A DNA stretch of 32,000 bases from Mycobacterium leprae TN (lineage in GTDB: Bacteria; Actinomycetota; Actinomycetes; Mycobacteriales; Mycobacteriaceae). Shown here piece by piece: positions 23,278 through 32,000 of this stretch. The stretch is from assembly GCF_000195855.1 (NCBI RefSeq), contig NC_002677.1:1500001-1532000 (forward strand), read 5' to 3'. The notes under the pieces are model-generated. The model had not been told where the DNA came from and made no database searches. It saw nothing but the letters and a program-made list of their open reading frames with translations. The number at the start of each line of letters is the position of its first letter. Positions within the stretch are counted from its first letter, which is position 1. The translations under genes were made by a program, and so were the position numbers.

Positions 23278-23701
23278 CGAAACTCCGAACGGCATCGATG
23301 AACAGCGTAGCATCGACATGATTACGGCCGCCTACGATGTTGGTAAGCAACGGCTACCGCTATTATACGTGCCGTTTCCTTCAATCCTCGAAGGCGCGCA
23401 ATCCAGTTTATTGTAGCGTATCCTCTACCGGTTGCTTTATGTTCTAAATCTGTTGATTGCACTTGAGTCACTATACCATCATGTGCGCAAGTTTCACGTG
23501 CTGGACGAGTAATATTACGCGCTAATCTGCGATCACGCAGATCATTCCCTTGGTGTTCGTGCTGTTATTGCTGAAATTCATGCCGCGTCGCCGGCACCTC
23601 TAAAAAAGATATCTGCGATCAATCGGACCACCCGCTCTGTTGGTTTTGAAACAGTTTGATCGTGCGCCGGGCTGGTTCTAAATTGTTCTGAACTCGCGGG
23701 T

Positions 23702-24302
23702 ATGTCATCGTCCTGTATCACCAGCACTGTTTGTGGGATCGGAGGTTCGATCACCATCCACTTGCCGGAGAATGGCTCGGAGGTGTTCGCCGGAGTCCAC
23801 ACCGACGGCGATGTGGCCGCGATCGCGACGGACCATCCACCATCCGATTAAGTCGGTCATCCTCGATATCATCGACGCTTATCATGTTGCTGCATTCGAC
23901 GGTTCGTTTCTCGAGAGCCTGGAGCCTGTCATCATTGTCAGCGGATTCCCTTGACGCCTTCCTGCTAGCGGAGATGCAGCCTTAAGTAGAGGTAAACGTC
24001 TTGGCCAGATTGCGGTGACCCAGGCGTTACTACCGCAGTTATGGCTCACACAGGGTTGGATCGTTCTCATCTCGAGTCTCGTTGGCAAGGTAACGTTTCT
24101 GTTGATCGGTGCATACTGCGCTTCGAAATTCCCACTTGAGGCTATGGGCGACGTGCTGAGTATAGAGCTGAAGCGGTGGAACGGCGCTGTTGCGCTCATC
24201 GAGCCCGGAGCGACGGACACTGAAATGTATTGGAATGGACACGACATGTTTGGATGGCACGGCTTGTCACGACGACGTGCGATTGGGTTCTTCGACGGGT
24301 AA
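23702..24302 (+). pseudogene. Short-chain dehydrogenase/reductase, decayed
   Basis: Nucleotide-binding remnant MSSSCITSTVCGIGGSITIHLPENGSEVFAGVHTDGD, shifted segment KSVILDIIDAYHVAAFDG, then VTQALLPQLWLTQGWIVLISSLVGKVTFLLIGAYCASKFPLEAMGDVLSIELKRWNGAVALIEPGATDTEMYW (YxxxK catalytic motif retained). Confidence 0.85.
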
Positions 24303-24354
24303 GGAGTCAACCTGAATATTCCCCACTCAGTCGTCGTTGGTTGCTCCGGTTGGC

Positions 24355-26074
24355 GTAGGGATGCGAAGTGACGACTTCACTGCGCCGATGCGTAGTTCAT
24401 CGTAGCCAAAGTCTTTGGGCAGGTGGTGAGTGGCTACCACGACGGTTCTATTGTTGGACATCAGAGCGGAGCTGGGGCCAACAGATCACCTAGCACACCG
24501 TTCGGTGTCAATCGCGTCGAGGTGTTCGGTGGGTTCGTCGAGCAGCACGATTCGGGCAGGTGAGAGTACCGCACGAGCCAGCAGCAACTTCCTGCGCTGG
24601 CCCGCCGAGACTGCCTGTGCGCCACCGATCAACACGGTTGATAGACCCTTCGGCAAACTGGCGAGTCAGCCGCTGAGGCCGACTACCGCTAATGTCGCGG
24701 TCAGTTCTTCGTCTCGGCAATTGCCGCGCGCGACCAGAAGGTTGTCTCGAATCATGGTGGCGAAAATGTTCGCTTCCTCGGCGAAAAAAACTGACAGTGT
24801 TGTTAAATTGATTTTCATTGAATTGTCTAATGTCGATTCCGTCTAGTAGTACTTGTCCACGCAGCAGCGGTAGTAGGCTCGCGAGTGTCATCAGCAGTGT
24901 CGTCTTACCAGCGCCACTGGCTCCGGTGAAGGCCAGCTGGACTCCAGGTAGTAGGTCGAGGATTACCCGGGACGGCCGCGTTGCATAGGCGTATCTCAAA
25001 AGGATATCGGCGAATAATATTCTGGTGCAACTAGTTAGCTGTGGCGTTGTCGTAGATTCCACACGCCAAGGACGGCTTGACGGGGCTAGGTCGAGGAGGT
25101 GATGCGCCGCGATCCGCGATCGTATCAACTGGACGGCGGCCGTAAGTAACGGAGTCATCGCTTCAAATGCTTACAGCGGCAACAATATAAGGACGTCCAG
25201 TGTGGTTGCGCGACGGTTAGGGCTATCGCGATCCCGGCTATCACAGCGCCGAGTACACTGCCCCCGATCGCTGCGGTTGGTATTGTCGCAGCGACTGTGA
25301 CTGGCCTGGTCGTAGCGTCGAGGACGGCACACCAAACTATTGCTGGCGTTGTGATTCGGCGATGACAATTGGCAGTGCACCTGCGGCGCGAAGTTCCGGT
25401 GCATGTTTGAGCGCAATCGTAGCCAACGTATCGCGTTCGGAATGATGTTGCTGAGCAATAGTTTACTGCGCCCGCAGCGGCATTGCCAGCAAGCCACGGC
25501 GCCACAACACCTGTGATTAGTAGGCAGATCGCCAGTACCGCAGCGGTCGGCCGTGAAATAGCTGCGACAACAGCAGTTGCTGTCAATGACAAGACCACTG
25601 CGACGCCCATGGCGTACTATCGCTCGAACCAGCACGTTGGCCAATTCGTCGACGTCAGCACCGACTTGTGACACTAGTTCACCACTAGGCAGTCGGGTGG
25701 AGGCGGCCACCGGTCCGTGGGCTAGACGATGATAGGTCTGTGCCGGCTGCGCGTAGCGCGGTGTCGTGTGTGGCCAGTCGTTCGCAGTAGTGCAATAAGT
25801 TCCGCGAAATCGCGAAAGTTTGTATCATGACCACTGCAACAGCCAGATCCAACGCGGGCGGCATCTGCCAGGCTCGGGTGATCAACCATGTCGAAACACC
25901 GGCCAGCGTTAGCGCACTGCCTAGTGACAGCACCATCATTATGATGGCTGTCAGGATGTGGAGAAGCCGCGGTCGCAACAGGAGCAAAGCGTCTAGTAGA
26001 GTCCTCTGCCGGCGACCCGCTGCACCCGGGTTTGCTATACTTGTGATTGTTGCGGTATCAGGTGCGGCACACAA
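24355..26074 (-). pseudogene. cydC: Cytochrome bd assembly ABC transporter CydC, decayed
   Basis: Minus strand fragments: RTLLDALLLLRPRLL...TLAGVSTWLITRAWQMPPALDLAVAVV...SRNLLHYCERLATHDTALR; VQLAFTGASGAGKTTLLMTLASLLPLLRGQVLLDG; VSAGQRRKLLLARAVLSPARIVLLDEPTEHL; RTVVVATHHLP, in different frames. Confidence 0.9.
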
Positions 26075-26088
26075 TGTACCTCGCTATC

Positions 26089-27766
26089 TTAGACATTCGC
26101 GGTTACATCGATAACTCGGTCGACGATGGCGACAACGTGCTTGCGGTGGCCAACGATTACCACGGTTGCACCAGCGCGTGCACGTTGCACGATAGCTTAT
26201 AAAACCCTGTTTTCGGTGTGGTCATCCAGGTGTGCGGTCGGCTAGTCGAGCAGCAGCACGGATGCGTCTGATCCGAGCGCTCGAGCCAGGCCCAGTCGCT
26301 GCTGCTGTCCCAATGACAGCCCGACACCTCCACGCCCTACGGTGGTGTCCATCCCGTACGGTAAATTGTCCAGAATGGTGTCGAATCCAATTATAGCACA
26401 GTCAATTTCAAGGAATTCAGGGTTGTCCAAACCACCGAGCAGAACCAGGTTGTCACCGACGGTGCCTGGGATTAATACCGGGCGTTGCGGCAGCCAGGTT
26501 AACTGCTGCCACCAAGCGTCGGGGCTCAGGTCTGCGACGTCGACGCCAGCAACGGTGGCGCGGTCTGGCGATGGCGTGGTTAGTCTGGCGATCGCTTGCA
26601 ATGTAGTGCTTTTGCCCGCGCCGTTTCGTCCGGTCAACACAGTTACTTTACCTGGTTCGATCACCGCGGTGAGGTCACAAGGGGCGAGGTGGTCGCGGCC
26701 GGTCACGCTGAGTCGTTCGAAGCGGATCTCGGCGCCACGTGCGGTGACTATTTGCTGAGAAGGTAGGCCAGCGGGTGCCGGGTCACCCGCGCCGATGAGC
26801 GAGAGTGCCTTGTCGGCAGCAGCCCTGCTGTTCTGCTCCGCATGGAATTCCATGCCGACGCGCCGCAGCGGCCAGTACACGTCCGGTTCCAGCAATAGGA
26901 CTGTTAAGCTTGACGTTTAAGCCAATATCGCCGAACACCAGGCGAAGACCGATACCGACCGCGATCAACGCCACACCCAGCGTGACCAGCAATTCAAGCA
27001 CCAATGCCGATAAGAACGTGATCCGGAGTGTCGCTATCGTCGAGTGGCGATGGTCAGCAACGAGTTCAGCTATTCGGTGTTCCGGACCTGAGTCACGGCC
27101 CAGTTCCCGCAGTGTGGGGGTACCAGAGATCAGGTCCAACAGTCGTGCTTGTAGGATTATCGTGGCGGCTAGCGCAGCTGCCGATCTGTCAGCCGTTGTC
27201 AACAACCCAATCAGAACCATGAAAGTTGGTATCAATGGCAGTGTGATCAGTGCTATCGCAGTCGATTTCAGGTCGTAGAGTGCGATCACGGTGACTGTCC
27301 CGGGGGTGAGGATTGCGGCCAGCAGCAAAGTCGGGAGGTACTCGGTACGGTAGGGATGTAAGCTGTCGAGGCCACGAGTGACCACTACTGCGGCTGTATC
27401 GCGCTATGTCGCTCGCTCACTGGATTGCTGGGCTGTCACGGACGCCAGTACCTGACCGTTGAGATTGGCAATAATCGCGCTGACACCACGTTGGCCCAGG
27501 TGTGCCTGAAGCCAGTGTGTCGTTGTTGCTTATGATCCACAGCACCAACAGCATTGACAATGGACCCAGCCAGTCGTGCAAGCCGCGTGCTGAGAGAGCG
27601 GTGAACTATGCTGGCCAGCAGAATCGCTGAGCCGATCATGCGGCTCGAGATTACCATTCCGCAACCCACGGTGGTAACCAAGAGGCGGCGTAATGCGCTG
27701 GACACTAACCACAGTCGCGAGTCCAGGGGAGCTCTGCTGGTTGAGTTTTGCGTTCAGGACGTACAC
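26089..27766 (-). pseudogene. cydD: Cytochrome bd assembly ABC transporter CydD, decayed
   Basis: Fragments MYVLNAKLNQ.../RRLLVTTVGCGMVISSRMIGSAILLASIVHR; VVTRGLDSLHPYRTEYLPTLLLAAILTPGTVTVIALYDL...LRLVFGD; LLLEPDVYWPLRRVGMEFHAEQ...LTGRNGAGKSTTLQAIARL...SLGQQQRLGLARALGSDASVLLLD; terminal NRVL*AIVQRARAGATVVIVGHRKHVVAIVDRV. Confidence 0.92.
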
Positions 27767-27770
27767 CTCG

Positions 27771-28792
27771 TCAGGCCGATCGGCGGCGGTTCTTCTCAGC
27801 CGAGGTTCGTTGTCGAAAAATCAAATACGTCCACCCTTGGTACGCTAGCGTCAGTGGAGCAAAGATCTCAGTCACCCAGGTCATGATCTTTAGAGCGTAG
27901 GGGGTCGACGAGGCGTTGTATATGTTCACGTTCCAGTGTATGCTCAGCGTCGAGGGCACCAAGTTTGGATATAGTACTGTGAACAATAGAATTACCGCGG
28001 CCGCCGCTACCACGGCGGTGCACGTGAACGCTCAACTGTCGGATGTGTGCCGCCACACCAACACCACCGTTACCACCTGCGCGGCCACCACGGCAGCTAG
28101 CATTAGCCAGGTCCAGTTCTTGCCATGCTCTAGTTGTGCCCAAAGTCCGAAGTCTGCAACAAATCCTGTCACCGGAAACGACAACCAGGAGGCGAAGCGG
28201 TAAGCATCGTCGTGGATCGGGCCGGAGGTCTTCAATGTGACAAAACCGCGCCGTAGAGCAAAAACAGTCCGGCAGTGGCCAAGCTACCCAGCAGTGTGTA
28301 GCCATTGAGCACTTCGGTGATTGATAGATTGACGTGACTATTAGCGTCCACGGGGAGTCCGCGAACCAAAATGGCGAACGTTACGCCCCACAATACCGCG
28401 GGCAACCACGACCCGGCAGCAATGCCGAAATTGGCCCATTAGCGCCACTTTGTGTCGTCAATCTTGCCACGCCATTCGATGGTGACGGCGCGCACGATCA
28501 TGCCGAACAGGATGGTCAACAGCGGTAGGTACAGCGTGGAGAACACGGTGGCGTAACAGCCGGGAAATGTGGCGAGCATCGCGGAGCCTGCAACGATCAG
28601 CCAGACTTCGTTGCCGTTCTACGCCGGGCCGATGGTGTTCAGCACAGCGCGCTGGTGGGCTTCCTGATCGCCTGTTCGCACGTGAGCGAACAGCTTCATC
28701 AACATACCCACGCCAAAGTCGAAGCTCTCCAAGATGAAAAAGCCAAGGAATAGCGCCGCGATGACATCGAACCACAATTCCTGGAGTCCCAC
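27771..28792 (-). pseudogene. cydB: Cytochrome bd ubiquinol oxidase subunit II, decayed
   Basis: Minus strand: GLQELWFDVIAALFLGFFILESFDFGVGMLMKLF...[43 protein letters not shown]; later IFAPLTLAYQGWTYLIFRQR. In-frame TAG at 28619-28621 where W is expected. Confidence 0.93.
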
Positions 28793-28823
28793 TGGTCCAG
28801 CTCCTTTCGGGAATTCTTAGGCG

Positions 28824-30190
28824 TTAGTGCGCGAAAGACAGCGGCGCTACTTCGTCATTGCCGGGCGCGGTGGTAGCTGCCGGTTCGGCGTCGTGCTCCT
28901 GCGACCCTTCGGTGACGTAACGTTTGAGCAGCCAGCACCAGATGACCGCGAGCACCGTGTAGACCAGGGTGAATGTCACCAGTGAGGTGATGACTATGCC
29001 GGAAGTGTGGTGCGAGACACCTGTCATAGACAGTGAGCCGGACCAGCTGATCGCCGGTTGGTTTGGGAGCGACGATCCAGGGCTGGCAGCCTATTTCAGT
29101 GAACACTCAGCCGGCGCTGTTGGCTAGGAACGGTGTGGGAATGGTCAGCAACGCCAGCCGAGCGAACCACCGCTGGTTGGGAATCTTGCCGCTGTGGGTG
29201 AGCTACAACGCCGTCAGTGCGAACAACACTGGAATCGTAAGCAGCCCGATAATTGCACGAAAGGATCAATAGGTGACGAATAGTTTGGGCCGGTAGTCAT
29301 TTGGTCCTAATCTTTGTTGGTACCTCTGCTGGATGTCGCGTACATCGTGCAGTGTCACATTGCTGAATTGACTATTAGCGAGGAACGGCAGACCGTAGGG
29401 GATCTCGATCACACGGGTAATGCTTTCGCAGTTGTTGTGGGTGCCGACTGTGAGGATCGAGAAGTCCGGATCGGTTTCAGTGTCGCATAGTGATTCGGCC
29501 GAAACCATTTTCATCGGTTGCTGTTGGAACATCAATTTGACTTGGTGGTCACCGCTGAAGAACACGCCGATGGTGGCAAACAGCGCAATCCCGCTCCCCA
29601 GGATGGTTGCCGAGCGATACATGGTGCGGGCATCTGACTCGGACCCGGTTTGGTGGGAATTGACCAATAACCAGGCGCTAACTGCCGCGACAAACGTCCC
29701 AGCGGCCAGCAATGAGCCGGCGACAGCGTGCGAAAACGCTGCTTGCGCAGTGTTATTGCTGAGCAACACGGAAATGCTGGTCAACTCGGCCCGCCGGGTC
29801 GTTGGGTTGTAGTGCTCGCCTACCGGATGCTGCATGAACGAGTTCGCTACAAGCATGAAAAATGCGGACACGTTGACCGAAATTGCGACAATCCAGATGT
29901 ACGCCAGGTGACTCAGCCGAGGTAACCTGCTCTACCCGAAGATCCACAGCCCGAGGAAGGTAGATTCGAAGAAAAGGCAGCCAGGCCCTCAAGTGCCAGC
30001 GGGGCGCCGAAGACGTCGCCGACGAACCGCGAGTAATCGCTCCAGTTCATCCCGAACGGAAATTCTTGGACGATCCCGGTTGCCACACCAATGACGAAGT
30101 TGATCAGGAACAGCTTGCCGAAGAATTCGGTTTAGTCGATACCACGTGGTGCTACCGAACTGTCACCGCGAAATACCGACGACGTTCATC
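28824..30190 (-). pseudogene. cydA: Cytochrome bd ubiquinol oxidase subunit I, decayed with internal deletion
   Basis: MNVVGISR*QFGSTTWYRL...[80 protein letters not shown]-like SGDHQVKLMFQQQPMKMVSAESL, GWVFTE-like VFTEIGCQPWIV, VIWCWLLKRYVTEGS in several frames. Confidence 0.93.
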
Positions 30191-30309
30191 GGCCATCTCC
30201 CGAGTCTACGGGGCCTGTTAGCTTGCTACGATGTAGTGTAGTAGGTGGCGTCGTTCGGCGCTACTGGCAATTTCACGTGGACTCGACGGCTCAAACGTGG
30301 GCTGTGCGT

Positions 30310-31610
30310 GATTCCTCGGCAAACAGGTCGCTGGAATCTTCGATGAATTTGCGGCTGATGAGATACCACATGCGCATGGTGCTTTATCCTTTATGATCTT
30401 GAGGCGACCGCCCTTTTCCTCCCTGAGGCACTGGTAAACCGTCTCGGGCACTTGAATGTGTTCCTACCGAGTTGGTGGATTCCATTCTGGATGCGATGTT
30501 GACCGCGTCGCCCACACGTCGTAGAAGAACCACCGAGACCTCGTCACACCGGTGATGACCTGGCCGTCGGCCAATCCAATCCGCATTGGCATTGCGAGGC
30601 TGTGCGGATCCTCCAGTTCGGCTGCAACATCAGCCATATCGATGGCAAAGTCCGCAAGCGCTTGTACATGGTCGGGACGTGGCCGTGGAACTCCGTTGAC
30701 CACTGTGGTACATTTTAAAGTCACCGCTGACTTTGATTTTCTCCAGGCAGTGCTTATCCACCAGCGCATCGAAAGCGCTGTATAGCTGGCCCAGCAACCG
30801 CACCAGACCGGCCGGTCTGGTTTCCTTCGCGTGCAATGCTTAGTGAAGCTAACGATGTTGGAACACAGGACTGAGGCATCGTCGTATTTAATCGGCGATG
30901 ACGGTTTGGTTGGGCTATTTGAGCCGCTTGGTTATGCTGGCCGGCAGCATGTTGGCTAACAAGGCTTCGGAGCAGTCTTATCGGGTTTCCATCACCACCT
31001 CGGCGCGCAGTGTCTCGTAAGGTGAACCACACTGTAGCGACCGCCATAACGCACGACGAGACTGTGGTGAGGACAAACCTATCGACTGGGCCCAGTCCTG
31101 GCTGTAGCTCGGTGTTACGCGGAACCAGGCATTCCAGCGCGATGACAAGCCCGGCACCAGTGTGGGCCGCTAGTGCCAACCGGCACACACACACACACAC
31201 GATGCTTCTCAATGCTCAGTAGTACCAACAGATGGGCGCCTACGAGGAAGAAAAATGTAGAGCCCGAACCCGGTGCCCACGTCCCAACAGCTGGCGAAGA
31301 CCGACATATATCGGCTATGTCGATATATGTCAACGCCGCTACTAGATCTGCGAAACGGTGCAGCAGCAGGACAAATTGTTAAGATTATCGTGTTGCTAAC
31401 GTTGATCGAGCTGATCTGCCAGGACCATGCTTCGGCTAGAAATTGCACAATCACAAAACTCGCGTTAACCACCTCGACCAGCTAGGTGGTGAGGTACAGG
31501 CATGCGTTGTTGCCACGCCATAGTATCGGCGTAGTGCTGATTGCGTCCGCACGGTTGCGACACAGTCTGGGCGTTGCACTGAAACCGTTTGGTCCTTCCC
31601 GATGGGGCAC
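30310..31610 (-). pseudogene. cya: Class III adenylate cyclase (Rv1625c-like), decayed
   Basis: Minus strand: QPCGRNQ/RTQSALRRYYG..., LLHRFADLV, FFFLVGAHLLVLLSIEKH, AGLVIALECLVPRNTELQPG...VLTTVSSCVMAVATVWFTLRDTAR, PAGLVRLLGQLYSAFDALVDKHCLEKIKVSGD, VVNGVPRPRPDHVQALADFAIDMADVAAEL, RSRWFFYDVW, MRMWYLISRK. Confidence 0.92.
31184..31200. repeat. (AC)8 dinucleotide microsatellite inside the cyclase pseudogene
   Basis: Sequence cggCACACACACACACACACgatg, 17 nt of perfect dinucleotide repeat. Confidence 0.97.
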
Positions 31611-31700
31611 CATCGGTTATCAACGGCTACGCCTAAAGCCTAGCCGCTGAGCTTAATGTTTACCCAGCGTAAGCGGTGAATTGCCGGCGGCTTCCGATAG

Positions 31701-31774
31701 TGCCCTCGGTGGGATTCGAACCCACACTGGACGGGTTTTGAGTCCGTTTCCTCTGCCAGTTGGGATACGAGGGC
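31701..31774 (-). tRNA. tRNA-Leu(CAA)-like gene with short variable loop, CCA not encoded
   Basis: GCCCTCGTATCCCAACTGGCAGAGGAAACGGACTCAAAACCCGTCCAGTGTGGGTTCGAATCCCACCGAGGGCA: perfect 7-bp acceptor stem, GTGGG-TTCGAAT-CCCAC T-arm, anticodon loop CTCAAAA (CAA), A73. Confidence 0.88.
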
Positions 31775-31866
31775 TTTACCCGGCTTAACTACCTTAGAGG
31801 AGCCTTCAACGGGTTCACCCTGCCCCCGAGATCGTTAGCCGCTGGCGGCCACGTCAGAATGACGTC

Positions 31867-32000
31867 ATGACCGGACCCACGACCGACGCCGACGCCGCCA
31901 CGCCGCACCGGGTTCTGATTGCTGAAGACGAAGCACTCATACGACTCGACCTGGCCGAGATGCTGCGAGATGAGGGGTACGACATCGTTGGAGAAGCCGC
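31867..32000 (+). CDS. pdtaR: N-terminus of two-component response regulator / antiterminator (Rv1626-like), truncated by window edge
   Basis: MTGPTTDADAATPHRVLIAEDEALIRLDLAEMLRDEGYDIVGEA: receiver domain start with acidic pair. Confidence 0.92.
   Translation, partial: MTGPTTDADAATPHRVLIAEDEALIRLDLAEMLRDEGYDIVGEA

Noticed and set aside
24508-25158. 216-aa minus-strand ORF as an intact ABC transporter
   Set aside because: Only the Walker A region is in frame; the signature and Walker B motifs (VSAGQRRK..., IVLLDEPTEHL) lie in another frame, so this is a broken cydC.
26342-27278. Plus-strand ORFs 26342-26758 and 26805-27278 (RRPSRTRLSPTV..., TSNSSTNADKN...) as novel proteins
   Set aside because: They are complements of the cydD relic, which has clear ABC transporter motifs on the minus strand.

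Overview
This window looks like a Mycobacterium leprae chromosomal segment. That identification rests on recalled protein families, gene order matching the M. tuberculosis Rv1598c-Rv1626 region, and an RLEP repeat at the left end that contains the binding sites of the published RLEP PCR primers. Intact core genes: hisD-hisC-hisB-hisH-hisA-(impA relic)-hisF-hisI, chaA-like, trpE-membrane protein-trpC-trpB-trpA, lgt, a TM2 protein, a DUF2752 protein, pykA, tesB-like thioesterase and the 5' end of a pdtaR-like response regulator. Between and after them are many decayed genes: a deazaflavin-reductase-like gene (Rv1598c-like), impA, a PknF-like Ser/Thr kinase, bcpB, an Rv1619-position membrane protein, an SDR, the whole cydABDC bd-oxidase block and an Rv1625c-like adenylyl cyclase. 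There is also a compact tRNA with a CAA (Leu) anticodon but no long variable arm. I found no evidence for a new defence, mobile or RNA-guided system. The most useful observations are the unannotated-looking kinase relic, the cydA deletion that removes helix I, the lost lgt tail, a substitution in a conserved pyruvate kinase motif, the (AC)8 microsatellite, the atypical tRNA-Leu and the unexplained stretches at 905-1740, 8707-9140 and 23280-23700.
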